Source: Candidatus Omnitrophota bacterium
GTDB taxonomy: Bacteria; Omnitrophota; Gorgyraeia; Duberdicusellales; 4484-171
Reading direction: 5' to 3'
NCBI GenBank assembly: GCA_037146775.1
Contig: JBAWWL010000009.1
Span: forward strand, 68,575 to 132,574
DNA length: 64,000 nucleotides
Part shown: piece by piece, positions 39,186 through 48,699 of the stretch
How positions within the stretch are numbered: the first letter of the stretch is position 1
Layout: each line of letters opens with the position of its first letter
Notes under the pieces: generated by a model
What the model saw: the letters and a program-made list of their open reading frames with translations, nothing else
Databases searched by the model: none
What the model was told of the DNA's origin: nothing
Made by a program: the position numbers and the translations under genes

Positions 39186-40651
39186 AAGCCTCTTTCAATT
39201 AAATCAGCGGTTATCCGGGAACTGGCGATTACTACCGGTAATCCTCCTCCCGGTTGAACGCTCGCGCCTACGTAATGAAGATTTTTTATGCGCTGGTCGA
39301 AATTTGCCGGCCTAAAAAAAGCGCTCTGGGTAAGATTATGCGCCAGACCAAAGGTGGCGCCATATTTTATATTATAGCGGTCTAAAAAATCGCGAGGGTA
39401 AAAATGACGCTCCACCTCAATTAAATCTTCTAGATTGCTGCCAATAATTTTGCTAACTTTTTCAAAAATGGTCTTACGAAGCGCTTCTTCGGACGCCTCT
39501 ATATCGCTTTTAGCTTTCTTTAAATTAGGGACTGGAACTAAAATATATAAGATATCTTTACCTTGCGGGGCAAGAGACGAATCGGTCACCGTGGGTACAT
39601 GTATATAAAACGAGGGGTCATAAGGAACGTTTCCGGTTTTAAATATTTGGTCAAGATTAGCAACCAGATCTTTTGCGAAAAATAGATTGTGATGTTCCAA
39701 ACCTTTTACTTTCCGCTTCAGGCCAAGATAAATAAGATACACCGAGCAAGAATAACGGTAGGATTTAAGATTTCGCGATAAAAGACTTTCTTGTGCGTAA
39801 GCGTAGTCGGCATTTATCGCCACACTATCAAAGGATACATCTAAGCCGTTTGCGTTTATGGCAAGCGTACTTTTTTCCGGACGGATATTTTTTATTTCAC
39901 AGTTATAATGAAATTTAGCGCCGAAACGCTTAGCTAAGGCCTCAAGAGCGCGAGGGATTTCATACATACCGCCAAGGGGGTGGTAGATTTTTTGCACATG
40001 GTCAGTATAGGAAATAATACTGTAAAACGCCGGTGCCTCAAAAGGCGAGACGCCCATGAACATCGCTTCAAAAGTAAAAGCGTAACAAAGCTTTTCGTTA
40101 GGAAAGAATTCTTTTACCATATTCCAATAAGACTGAAACGGCCTTATATCTTTAAGCAATGGCCAGAGTAGCGGGTTAAAACAAGCCGAAGGCGTAAAAC
40201 AGCGATACAACAGGGGCCTCACCTTTTCGTATAATACCGTGGTAGCTTTTATGAATTTATCGAAACCTGCACTGCTACCTTTCTGAAGGCGCTCAATCTC
40301 TTCCCGGGTACGCACAGGATCACGGTACACCGTAAAGGTGTCGGAATCCGGATAAAAGAGTTTATAACTTACCTCTAACACTTTCAGACTAAGATGATCC
40401 TCCAGGCGTTCGTTGCAATAGGAAAAAACCTCTCCAAAGAAATCCGGCATAAGCACAAACGAAGGCCCCGTATCAAATTTAAAACCACCTTCGGTAATGA
40501 GATTATTGCGTCCACCGCAAGAAGGTAGCTTTTCAAAGACTTCTACCGGATAACCCTTATGAGCCAACCGGCTCGCTAAAGCTAATCCGCCCACACCACC
40601 GCCAACAATCGCAATCTTTTTTTTCATAAAATACCTTTGGTTTTCTCCCAA
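39182..40651 (-). CDS. crtI: Phytoene desaturase (CrtI family)
   Basis: N-terminal KIAIVGGGVGGLALASRLA FAD-binding motif and the CrtI-type C-terminus GASVQPGGGLPVV. Confidence 0.85.
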   Translation of the reverse strand: MGENQRYFMKKKIAIVGGGVGGLALASRLAHKGYPVEVFEKLPSCGGRNNLITEGGFKFDTGPSFVLMPDFFGEVFSYCNERLEDHLSLKVLEVSYKLFYPDSDTFTVYRDPVRTREEIERLQKGSSAGFDKFIKATTVLYEKVRPLLYRCFTPSACFNPLLWPLLKDIRPFQSYWNMVKEFFPNEKLCYAFTFEAMFMGVSPFEAPAFYSIISYTDHVQKIYHPLGGMYEIPRALEALAKRFGAKFHYNCEIKNIRPEKSTLAINANGLDVSFDSVAINADYAYAQESLLSRNLKSYRYSCSVYLIYLGLKRKVKGLEHHNLFFAKDLVANLDQIFKTGNVPYDPSFYIHVPTVTDSSLAPQGKDILYILVPVPNLKKAKSDIEASEEALRKTIFEKVSKIIGSNLEDLIEVERHFYPRDFLDRYNIKYGATFGLAHNLTQSAFFRPANFDQRIKNLHYVGASVQPGGGLPVVIASSRITADLIERGF

Positions 40652-41067
40652 GATTCTCTTGGCCCGGCTACCTCCAAAAACAACGGGTGGACACTTGTCC
40701 GTTTCGCCTTGATAAGTTCTTTATTCTTATTCTTATCTCTTATTTTTAGCTTTCTTGAAAGATGCGCACATTCAAAACAAATTTGTCCGCGCGAAACTTT
40801 TATTGGTTTGACCCGCCTAGAGAAACTTACGATTTTTTCCTTTCGAAAATCATACCCCCTCCTCCTGCTTTCTTTATAGATATGAGCGAGATAAAATCCT
40901 ATAGCGGAAACCGGATCGGGATGTTTTTTGAAACGCTCAAGCTGGGAATGATGGGTATAACCTTTTGTTTTCTTAAGCAGAACTTTCTGAGCAAGTAATG
41001 CTTCTCTCCAAAGAGCGAGAAGACCTTGACAGTCGAGATGGCGCGGGTGGATACTCCATAGCCGCAT
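40624..41067 (-). CDS. Pyrimidine-dimer DNA glycosylase (T4 endonuclease V / DenV-like)
   Basis: MRLWSIHPRHLDCQGLLALWREALLAQKVL...GYTHHSQLERF matches the Pyr_excise family N-terminus. Confidence 0.7.
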   Translation of the reverse strand: MRLWSIHPRHLDCQGLLALWREALLAQKVLLKKTKGYTHHSQLERFKKHPDPVSAIGFYLAHIYKESRRRGYDFRKEKIVSFSRRVKPIKVSRGQICFECAHLSRKLKIRDKNKNKELIKAKRTSVHPLFLEVAGPRESWEKTKGIL

Positions 41068-41205
41068 AGATTAGCCTAATATATAAAAATTAGCAATTTT
41101 TATTCTAACAGAAATTTTTTTGCGTTGTTATTTTATGTTAGACCTGTACTTATAAAACAATCATTGGAACTTTATTTGCGGTAAGAATGAGCCTTTGGTG
41201 GTTTT

Positions 41206-41679
41206 CTAAAATTTATTCATGCTTACTTCAAATTGCCTTTCTCCATCGCTCAAAATAACCTTATCGGGTCTTATCTCAACTATTAAGTTTCCTTTGACTT
41301 TCTCTCCGACACTTAGGATCTCTCCGTTAATTACTGCTTTTGGATTTTTAGTATCCCAAATGATACCCGAAAGATTAATACTGGAATCCTCTTTTGCGGT
41401 GTTTGCTATTTGACTGCGCGTAAAGGGGTCTCTCCCTAACTTCAATCGATCCGATTCATTCTCAAGCCTATGATACAAAGATCCACCGCCCATGCCGCCG
41501 CCAGCAGAATCGTTTTGGACGGAAGGCAAAACCGCAGCGGAAGACGATTGCGCAATAAAGTTTTTCTGTTTCTTGCCGGCTTTTATGGCATTGACTACGG
41601 CAAATATTAAAATTATCACTAACAATATTACTACGCCAATTTTTATTTTATCCTGCGGCCCTAATTTCATTTCTAACAT
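41206..41679 (-). CDS. pilP: Type IV pilus assembly protein PilP-like
   Basis: N-terminal TM followed by a C-terminal beta domain (AVINGEILSVGEKVKGNLIVEIRPDKVILSDGERQFEV). Lies downstream of pilO. Confidence 0.55.
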   Translation of the reverse strand: MLEMKLGPQDKIKIGVVILLVIILIFAVVNAIKAGKKQKNFIAQSSSAAVLPSVQNDSAGGGMGGGSLYHRLENESDRLKLGRDPFTRSQIANTAKEDSSINLSGIIWDTKNPKAVINGEILSVGEKVKGNLIVEIRPDKVILSDGERQFEVSMNKF

Positions 41680-41697
41680 ATCCGCTTGGCTCCTTAG

Positions 41698-42273
41698 TTA
41701 TGCTACTAAATATACATTAATTTCTATATAAATATCCAGTTTATTATCATTTTCCTGTTTCTTTTCTATCTGCAGTTTTTCTACGGTGATAAATGCTGAT
41801 AGAGACTTTTTTAAGGCCTCCATGTAACAAACGAAATCATAATAGCCACAACGCATTTTTATAGAAATTGGCATTTTGTAGCAAATTTTTCCTTCTATCT
41901 GCTGCGGGATATTGTTGTCATCCACAAAAGCCACCTTACGGCGCGGCTCCATGGAATTAATATCGACTTTCATGTCTCTCGCAATGTCTATAATCAATTT
42001 CAAGGTTTCTTCCTCTGTGGCGGGAAAATATCCGTTAAGTGTATTATACCGTCCTCTTAAAAACTCTATCCCCTCTTCAACAGTTTTACCATTTTTAGTA
42101 ATTGTTTCGACTTCCTGTTTTTGCGCCTCAATCTCTGCCAGCTGTACTTTAAGGGATTTTAGTGTTGCCTGTGTGGGTAAATATATGAATATCAAAAAAA
42201 TAAAAATAGTAAATATCCCCACACCTACAATAATCAGTATTTTTTTCTGAGAAATAGTCATATTCTGTACCAT
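41698..42273 (-). CDS. pilO: Type IV pilus assembly protein PilO-like
   Basis: 191 aa with an N-terminal TM, a coiled coil and a C-terminal alpha/beta domain. Follows pilMN. Confidence 0.6.
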   Translation of the reverse strand: MVQNMTISQKKILIIVGVGIFTIFIFLIFIYLPTQATLKSLKVQLAEIEAQKQEVETITKNGKTVEEGIEFLRGRYNTLNGYFPATEEETLKLIIDIARDMKVDINSMEPRRKVAFVDDNNIPQQIEGKICYKMPISIKMRCGYYDFVCYMEALKKSLSAFITVEKLQIEKKQENDNKLDIYIEINVYLVA

Positions 42274-42281
42274 TATATTAC

Positions 42282-43976
42282 TTATTTTTTAGGCGTTTCC
42301 AGCCGCATGTCGCATTGTATCTCAAACTGCTGCACATTATTAGCATGCCTGGACGAAACCAAGTTCGCCTCCAGGATATAAGATGTTTTCTCAAGTTGCC
42401 CCATAAAACCGGTCAAAACATCTTCTATGGGCGTGCCTTCTTCTAAAATAATACCTTTTAAGGTCAGAAATTGTTTTTGCCGGTCAAAAAACAACCCGTC
42501 TAAAACCATTTCTTTCGGTATTAAGCTGCTTATAAGTTTTAGCAGTCCATACACAGGAGCCCTATCCCGTTGTATAGCAACCAAAAGTTTTTCTCTTACT
42601 TCTATCTTAGTATTTAAATCTTTAATTAATTCTATGATACTCAGTTGCAGCTTGGCATTAGCTACGCGTTTCTTATAGTCATTCACATGAAAGTTAGCAA
42701 TGAAAAGCAAGAATAAAAATACTGCCACAGAGGTAACGGCTATAATCCGAAAAAATGCTTTTTGTCTTACTTCTGTTTTTTGTGCCTTAATTTCATAAGG
42801 CACTAAGTTTATATAATCTTGCTTCATAAATGCAGCGCCCAAGGCACTGCTAAACTGGTTTAAATTTTTAAAAAAGTTTTCCTTATCTTTTTCCTGAATG
42901 ACAATGCACTCCGGCAAAGGCAGCGGTTCAATCCTGACATTAAGTTCACCGGCCAAATACGTGCTGAGGTTTCTCAGATTAGCGCCGCCGCCAGTGACGT
43001 AAAGCAAAGAAGGCTGGTCTTCTTTAGAATTAGCGGCAAAATAGTTAAGAGAAAGTCTTAACTCTTTTACTAAATTTTCTAACTGCGGCCGCATTAAAGA
43101 CAAAATGTAAATCGCCGGAATATTATCCTTCAATACCTCCGAATTATCCTGAGGAATCCCAAATTCTTTTTTTATCTCTTCTGCTTTTTCCAAAGAAAGT
43201 TCAATTTTGCCTTTATCCGACATAAGGGCGCCTGTCAACGATTGAGTAACCTTATCGGAAGAAAACGACAGGGTTCTCATAAAGCAGGGCTTATTGTCGC
43301 GGAAAACGCAAAGAGTTGATTCATTATAACCGATATCCAACACAGCAAATATATGCGCATTATCACTGCTGCAGTTTAGTATCTGGGTATAATTGATCAG
43401 GGGTACTGAAATTTTGGTGACAGAAAGGCCACAGCCGATGACAATAGCTAAATACTTATCAACAAACTCACGCTTGGCGAAAACACACACCACATCGCTT
43501 TTCTTTACGCCATTGGCATCTGTGTATTCGCGCAACACCCTGGTATCCATCAGGGCCTTTTCTATATCAAACTGCACATCATCCTTTAACTGCCATTTTA
43601 CCGCTTGCGGGATTTCTTTTTCAGGGATAGAGGAAAGAGTTATTAGCTTAATCACGAGGGAATCAGGACTGGATACAGTTAAAATAGCTTCTTTGGTAGA
43701 TACGTCATTCCTACGTAGAAAATCGCTGATAAAACTTTTTATTTCCGTCAATCCTTCCTGTCCGGATAATACCTTTTTTAAATCATAGGACAAAAGCACA
43801 GGGATCGCGCCTTTGTATCCAATATAAACGATTTTTACAAAAGACTCGCCCCAATCAATAGAAATAAGCTTTTTTTTGTGTGTGGCAAAATCAAGTTTAC
43901 CTAAACCGGAAAAAATAGCCTTAGAATTTGATGTCTTTTGAGGTAATCCCTTGATTTTTCCGCTAAATAATTTCAT
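42282..43976 (-). CDS. pilMN: PilM-PilN fusion protein (actin-like ATPase-fold PilM fused to TM/coiled-coil PilN)
   Basis: The N-terminal roughly 380 aa are PilM-like (LISIDWGESFVKIV, TGGGANL). A TM helix (FFRIIAVTSVAVFLFLLFIANF) and a PilN-like C-terminal region follow. Confidence 0.7.
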   Translation of the reverse strand: MKLFSGKIKGLPQKTSNSKAIFSGLGKLDFATHKKKLISIDWGESFVKIVYIGYKGAIPVLLSYDLKKVLSGQEGLTEIKSFISDFLRRNDVSTKEAILTVSSPDSLVIKLITLSSIPEKEIPQAVKWQLKDDVQFDIEKALMDTRVLREYTDANGVKKSDVVCVFAKREFVDKYLAIVIGCGLSVTKISVPLINYTQILNCSSDNAHIFAVLDIGYNESTLCVFRDNKPCFMRTLSFSSDKVTQSLTGALMSDKGKIELSLEKAEEIKKEFGIPQDNSEVLKDNIPAIYILSLMRPQLENLVKELRLSLNYFAANSKEDQPSLLYVTGGGANLRNLSTYLAGELNVRIEPLPLPECIVIQEKDKENFFKNLNQFSSALGAAFMKQDYINLVPYEIKAQKTEVRQKAFFRIIAVTSVAVFLFLLFIANFHVNDYKKRVANAKLQLSIIELIKDLNTKIEVREKLLVAIQRDRAPVYGLLKLISSLIPKEMVLDGLFFDRQKQFLTLKGIILEEGTPIEDVLTGFMGQLEKTSYILEANLVSSRHANNVQQFEIQCDMRLETPKK

Positions 43977-43998
43977 ATTAAAAAAAATTACACCGATT

Positions 43999-44075
43999 AA
44001 CTAATCCCTGTCTACCGGCCCTCGTCTTCCCGTCTCGCCTTCGGCTCGCCGAGGCGGACGCCGCGAGGTGAGCAA
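43999..44075. repeat. GC-rich hairpin repeat (CCGGCCCTCG[T/G]CTTCCCGTCTCGCCTTCGGCTCGCCGAGGCGGACGCCGCGAGG[T/C]GAG). The second copy is at 46325..46400.
   Basis: The two copies are nearly identical over about 70 bp and contain nested inverted repeats CTCGCC...GGCGAG. Confidence 0.8.
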
Positions 44076-44099
44076 ACAGATGTATAATCATCTATTTAA

Positions 44100-44327
44100 T
44101 TAACCGTGTGTCTTAAATAAATAATAGGAGACGAACAAACACAAAGCAGAAGCCAGCAGAAGTGAAATGCCTACCCCTATTTTTAAATTATAAATCTTTT
44201 CTTCCGTTGTTACAAGCACTTTATTGGTTACCGCTTCAAGTTTGCGCAATCTTTGCGGCAAAAACAAAAGCAAAATACCAAAAATGAACGCAACCGTTCC
44301 CGCACAGATTAAAAATAACATATACAC
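44100..44327 (-). CDS. Small membrane protein
   Basis: 75 aa with two TM helices, lying inside the pilus cluster. Confidence 0.35.
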   Translation of the reverse strand: MYMLFLICAGTVAFIFGILLLFLPQRLRKLEAVTNKVLVTTEEKIYNLKIGVGISLLLASALCLFVSYYLFKTHG

Positions 44328-44329
44328 CT

Positions 44330-44425
44330 CCTTACTTTAGAATGATTACGCAGATTCTTAAAAAAGATTACACAGATTAATTAATCAGTGTAATCTATAT
44401 TTTAATCGGTGTAATCATTATAAGC
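44330..44425. promoter_or_regulatory. Cluster of GATTACACAGAT-type motifs (4 copies, both orientations)
   Basis: GATTACGCAGATT, AGATTACACAGATT, AATCAGTGTAATC and AATCGGTGTAATCATT lie between the PilX-like gene and the small membrane gene. Confidence 0.6.
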
Positions 44426-44437
44426 TTTACAGGATGT

Positions 44438-45673
44438 CTAGTATATCTCCTTCCAATCACTTGGCACATAAGCGCCCGGAACAAATGACGGTAAGCTGGC
44501 CAGTGACGACAATGCGTCGTCATGATGTATTGCTGACCCACCCCACATATTCATTGTATCACCGATAAATGAACCAAAGAGCCCTCCCTGGCCATGAAAA
44601 GTAAGGGCCCCGTTTGGAGCATAGACAGCTGCGTACATATCAGATTGCGAAGTAATAGCTATTGACTGCGACGTACCATTAGAACCATACATCTGAAAAT
44701 TGGAAGGTAAATAAGTAAGATTATTTATATCTCCTTTGATGTCTAGATTTCCAGCAAAATATACCACCACCGGCCCAGTGCTTGCGCTGGACACAACGAT
44801 AGCCCCGCCGCTTTTGACATCCATGGATGTGCTACCTGTAATATATATATTTGCCGGACCGGTTATTGTTATGGTATCCTTATTTTTAGGGGTGAATGCC
44901 GTATATTTATGATCACCAGTTATGGGGGTTGCCGTACTACTTATCGTACCTTCACCGGCAAGGCCTGTGAGTGAAGTTGGCACCACAACCGGCGGCAAAG
45001 TTACATTAGCATCATGAGCTATGCTCCCGGAAACAGCCGCAGCATTATTAAAAGTTCCTGATGGCCCGGTGGTAGCATTCCCGCCTATAGTAGCAGTGCC
45101 GCCAACAGTTATATCCGCATTCGTACCCACATCCCCGTGCAGACCAATATTTCCATCTACATTATATCTACCGATACTGGAATCATAGCTATCTGTAGCA
45201 GAATTGCCAGTCAAACCCGCTCCAATACTACTTCCTCCACCTGAACCGCCGCTGAATGATGCGTAGTTACCGAATAAGCTAGACTTCGTAACTTTAACAT
45301 ATACAACTCGTTTCGCTTGTTGCGTAGCTGTGCGCGAAGGAATATAGCCAATAGCAGTAATTTCCGGCGTAGTACCCGTGGGGCTGGCCATAGAGACATC
45401 ATAATCACCGTAGCCAGAAAGAGTTGCCTGTATTGTTTTGGGGTCGGTTCCGGACCAACCAGTCCAATCGGATTTGCTTAAAGCCAAAAGCCCCTTTTGG
45501 ATACCGGATTCAGCAAGATAAAAAGCCTGCTGGGACTGCATATAGTTTACGGAATTCATGGTGTTAGTACCTAAAAGAGAAACAATCGTTGCCGCCATAA
45601 CCGCGACTAAAAGCATAATCACCAAAGCAGCGATAATACTCACTCCTTTTTTGTTAGCCGCACAACGCATCAT
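44438..45673 (-). CDS. PilX-like pilus assembly/tip protein with a large Gly/Thr/Ser-rich C-terminal domain
   Basis: The N-terminal KKGVSIIAALVIMLLVAVMAATIV...NYMQSQQAFYLAESGIQ matches PilX_N (N-terminal helix plus the QQAF...AE motif). The C-terminal roughly 280 aa are GT-rich and repetitive (adhesin-like). Confidence 0.6.
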   Translation of the reverse strand: MMRCAANKKGVSIIAALVIMLLVAVMAATIVSLLGTNTMNSVNYMQSQQAFYLAESGIQKGLLALSKSDWTGWSGTDPKTIQATLSGYGDYDVSMASPTGTTPEITAIGYIPSRTATQQAKRVVYVKVTKSSLFGNYASFSGGSGGGSSIGAGLTGNSATDSYDSSIGRYNVDGNIGLHGDVGTNADITVGGTATIGGNATTGPSGTFNNAAAVSGSIAHDANVTLPPVVVPTSLTGLAGEGTISSTATPITGDHKYTAFTPKNKDTITITGPANIYITGSTSMDVKSGGAIVVSSASTGPVVVYFAGNLDIKGDINNLTYLPSNFQMYGSNGTSQSIAITSQSDMYAAVYAPNGALTFHGQGGLFGSFIGDTMNMWGGSAIHHDDALSSLASLPSFVPGAYVPSDWKEIY

Positions 45674-46191
45674 TGTAACCTCCTTGGGCTGACACCGCTT
45701 TTAAGAGCTAGCTGCGTTCCGCCAAGAGAAAAAGTTAAATCAATCACAACCCTTTTTATATCAGTATCGCTAGGGTTAACCTGGGGCGTAGCTATTTGTG
45801 CGCCCGCGCTGTTGTAATAGGTAAAAGATAAAGAACTTACATTATCTGCCAATTGATTAGAAGTAGCCCCTATAGTGCGCATAAGATGGCCTGAGGAAAG
45901 GTTAAAGGTGATATCGTTATCATTAATATCGATAAAACGAAAAGTAGAGCCACTAGCGGTTATAACGCTTGCCTTGCTTTTTATCTGACGCATCTCGCGG
46001 ATCATCTTATCCATGGCAAGGTTTGCACTTTCCGACATAGTGTTGCGGTCTACGGCAAGCCGCCAACCGTCAACAACAGCAAACATAAGCGGCGCAGTGA
46101 CGGCAAAAGTAATACCTAAAAGCACGACAACGATAATAATTTCTAATAATGTAAACCCAGGTATTAATGGAAAATGCTTTTTCCCGCTCAT
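45670..46191 (-). CDS. Minor pilin / pseudopilin (PilW/GspJ-like) with a prepilin N-terminus
   Basis: PGFTLLEIIIVVVLLGI prepilin cleavage/methylation motif. Confidence 0.65.
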   Translation of the reverse strand: MSGKKHFPLIPGFTLLEIIIVVVLLGITFAVTAPLMFAVVDGWRLAVDRNTMSESANLAMDKMIREMRQIKSKASVITASGSTFRFIDINDNDITFNLSSGHLMRTIGATSNQLADNVSSLSFTYYNSAGAQIATPQVNPSDTDIKRVVIDLTFSLGGTQLALKSGVSPRRLQ

Positions 46192-46244
46192 TGATAATTA
46201 GTTGACAAGTATTGTAACATCGTTGACTTTAAATTAGAAATTAT

Positions 46245-46445
46245 TAAAACCATAAACACTAAACTCTAAATCCTAAATAAACTCAAAACTAAAAACTCAA
46301 AACGATAATGTTTTGAGTTTGTTTACCTGCCTGCCGGCCCTCGGCTTCCCGTCTCGCCTTCGGCTCGCCGAGGCGGACGCCGCGAGGCGAGTAGGCAGGG
46401 AGTTTAGGATTTCTGGTTTAGGGTTTGACATAATCTTGTTTCGAA
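46245..46445. repeat. Composite intergenic element: AT-rich inverted arms (AAACTCTAAATCCTAAATAAACTCAAAAC ... GAGTTTAGGATTT...GGTTTAGGGTTT) around the GC-rich hairpin core
   Basis: A large imperfect palindrome. The same AT-rich arms recur at 32925-33085 and, in degenerate form, at 10990-11130. The GC core recurs at 43999-44075. Confidence 0.75.
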
Positions 46446-46497
46446 TTTCGAGTTCAATGTTCAATAAATCTTTTTCGGGTAAACGATGCCTTGACGT

Positions 46498-46848
46498 TCA
46501 ATAATTAGTCTTTAGAAACGCGAGCCATACGCTGCCTATAGCAACGTGATAAACCCTGACCTCAACAATCTTGTTATCAGCGTTGACGCTGGTAATCGTA
46601 ACCTGATAGCTGTAACCGGAAAAATTTCCGCTGTAGCTTTGCAAAGATTCGTTGACCGCTCCGGCGAAACCTGTTCCTATAATCCGCTCAGCTTCTTTTT
46701 CAGCCAGAAGTGTTGCTACCGACATAACTCGCGGCTTATGGATATTTGAAAGGACCTGCTGCATGGTTACGGCCAGACCTAAAAATGATACGCCGACGAT
46801 GACAATTACCATAATGACTTCGACAAGAGTAAAAGATTTTTTATTCAT
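46498..46848 (-). CDS. Minor pilin / pseudopilin (PilV/GspI-like). The start is taken at MNKKSFTLVEV.
   Basis: KSFTLVEVIMVIVIVGV prepilin motif. About 117 aa. Confidence 0.6.
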   Translation of the reverse strand: MNKKSFTLVEVIMVIVIVGVSFLGLAVTMQQVLSNIHKPRVMSVATLLAEKEAERIIGTGFAGAVNESLQSYSGNFSGYSYQVTITSVNADNKIVEVRVYHVAIGSVWLAFLKTNY

Positions 46849-46866
46849 TTTAATAAAAGATTGCAC

Positions 46867-46932
46867 CGATTTTACGAAAGATTACACAGATTTCTAAACC
46901 AAAAACAATCTGTGCAATCTGTGATATACAGA
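46867..46932. promoter_or_regulatory. GATTACACAGAT-type motif cluster (3-4 copies)
   Basis: GATTGCACCGATT, AGATTACACAGATT and AATCTGTGCAATCTGTGATATACAGATTA. Confidence 0.6.
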
Positions 46933-47283
46933 TTAAAACATAAACCGCTTTACCTGACAACTCTTATTGCCGAAATTAACCAATAAACCAACATGTAAGT
47001 CAGACACCTTTAAATACGAAAGTAACTGATATTTAAACACCTCTGGAGTATCACCGGTTAGAGCTTTAATTTCTACAATAACCTTGTCTAGTACGATCAA
47101 ATCTAACTTAAAAGAGCCTATTTTTTTATCTTGAAAAGAAACCGTAAATTCCTTTTCTGTTTGATATTCTAAACCTGCCGATTTTAATGCAAGCTTTAGT
47201 GCATTGTGATATATCTTTTCCTTAAAACCAGGCCCTAGCTCAGAGTGAACTTTAAAGCAACAAGAAATTATTTGCTCAGTCAA
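46933..47283 (-). CDS. GxxExxY family protein
   Basis: 116 aa. CCFKVHSELGPGFKEKIYHNAL...GLLVNFG matches the TIGR04256 GxxExxY pattern. It is inserted between two pilin genes and flanked on both sides by motif clusters. Confidence 0.75.
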   Translation of the reverse strand: MTEQIISCCFKVHSELGPGFKEKIYHNALKLALKSAGLEYQTEKEFTVSFQDKKIGSFKLDLIVLDKVIVEIKALTGDTPEVFKYQLLSYLKVSDLHVGLLVNFGNKSCQVKRFMF

Positions 47284-47436
47284 AGGATCTCTGCTATCCT
47301 TCTCCAGTTTTCCCCCTAAATCTGTGTAATCTATTAGGGCGTCACAAAAGTGCCGCCCTTGATTACGCAGATTAAAAATCCGATTACACAGATTAAAAAC
47401 ATCGTCGGTATTATCTGTGTAATCTTTATGAAATAT
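47284..47436. promoter_or_regulatory. GATTACACAGAT-type motif cluster (5 copies)
   Basis: AAATCTGTGTAATCTATT, GATTACGCAGATTAAAAATCCGATTACACAGATTAAAAA and TTATCTGTGTAATCTTT. Confidence 0.6.
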
Positions 47437-47976
47437 CTACTGGACCTTCCCCGTATTCGGTTCAACGGTAACTACCACTCCTGTGTTTAAGGTCACCACA
47501 CCTTGGCTGAAAAGCACCGTTACTGCGCCGCCGCCAGGGCCACAACTACAAGGCGTTCCCGCAGCATTAAAAACAAGGCCGTTACCAATGCCGTCAAAAT
47601 TTGCCTGGACAATACTCACTCCATGATATTCGCCTACACCTAAATTTACGGTAAAATTTACTTTGGTTAAAGGGTCGGAAGTTATGCTCCAGGTGCCGGG
47701 ACTTGATTCATAATAGACACTGTAGCTATTGGAAGAGGCATCAAAATAAATCCTTGTCTTCTTTTGGGAACTTAGAGCGTAACTTTGCGTATATCTGATG
47801 TCGGATTTAATTTTTGTGGCCGCCTGAGTAACGCGTATTTGCTCTAGATAATGCTTGGGGCTTAAAGCTACAACGCCAACGATCGCGATTATTAAAAAAG
47901 TAATGACTAGTTCTATAAGCGTGAAACCATTTGGATTCTTTAGTTCAATAAGTTTAATTTGTCTTAAGCCTACCAT
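47437..47976 (-). CDS. GspH/FimT-like pseudopilin
   Basis: NGFTLIELVITFLIIAIVGVVAL prepilin motif. 179 aa. Confidence 0.65.
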   Translation of the reverse strand: MVGLRQIKLIELKNPNGFTLIELVITFLIIAIVGVVALSPKHYLEQIRVTQAATKIKSDIRYTQSYALSSQKKTRIYFDASSNSYSVYYESSPGTWSITSDPLTKVNFTVNLGVGEYHGVSIVQANFDGIGNGLVFNAAGTPCSCGPGGGAVTVLFSQGVVTLNTGVVVTVEPNTGKVQ

Positions 47977-48175
47977 ATTAAATTCGAAGCAAGATTTTAA
48001 ATCACTGAAAGAGCTGCGTCAACCGGTTACGGTTACTCGTCTTGCTAAAGTTTCGGCGAAAGAGAATAAAAAGTATAAAAAATCATAAAAGCAGGAAAGC
48101 AGGTTAGGCTTTTATGCCGCACCTGCTTTCCTTAATTTAGTATAAATTCTTCTTTAGTGTTAGTCTTTATGCTGT

Positions 48176-48553
48176 TTATTTCAAAGAACCGTCTGTGCTG
48201 CTGTAAGTGTAAGTGGTGCCTGCCGGACCCGTATAAGTAGTAGCGCTGGCCTTAGTCCAATCTGCCGTTACCGGTTGCGCAAGCACATTATCAAAACACT
48301 TATTAGTAGTAGTGCAGGCTCCGGTAAAGCTTGTAGTCTCTAAAGATGACGGATACGCGCAAGTTCCACCATTACACTCATTCGCATAATAGGTGCTGAT
48401 TCCTGAACGCACGCCGCCAACCACGCCTTTTTCTGCAGCGGTTTTAGCATTAGCCTGTAAATCGAAATATTTTGGTATTGCTACTGCGGCCAAAATTCCC
48501 AAGATAACAATAATCATAACCAATTCAATAAGCGTAAAACCCCTTCTCTTCAT
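48176..48553 (-). CDS. pilA: Type IV major pilin PilA. The start is taken at MKRRGFTLIEL.
   Basis: RGFTLIELVMIIVILGILAAVAIPKY is a textbook type IVa pilin N-terminus. A C-terminal Cys pair is present. About 125 aa. Confidence 0.75.
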   Translation of the reverse strand: MKRRGFTLIELVMIIVILGILAAVAIPKYFDLQANAKTAAEKGVVGGVRSGISTYYANECNGGTCAYPSSLETTSFTGACTTTNKCFDNVLAQPVTADWTKASATTYTGPAGTTYTYSSTDGSLK

Positions 48554-48699
48554 GACTAGACCTCCTCCTTTTACATTACCCATATTCTATACTCAAAAAT
48601 ACCTTATAAATTTGACCAGTGCTATTTATTCTGGCTTAAACTTATCTCTTATCCCTAAGCTCGGATAACTGCTATATTTTATAATATCTATCTTCAAAA

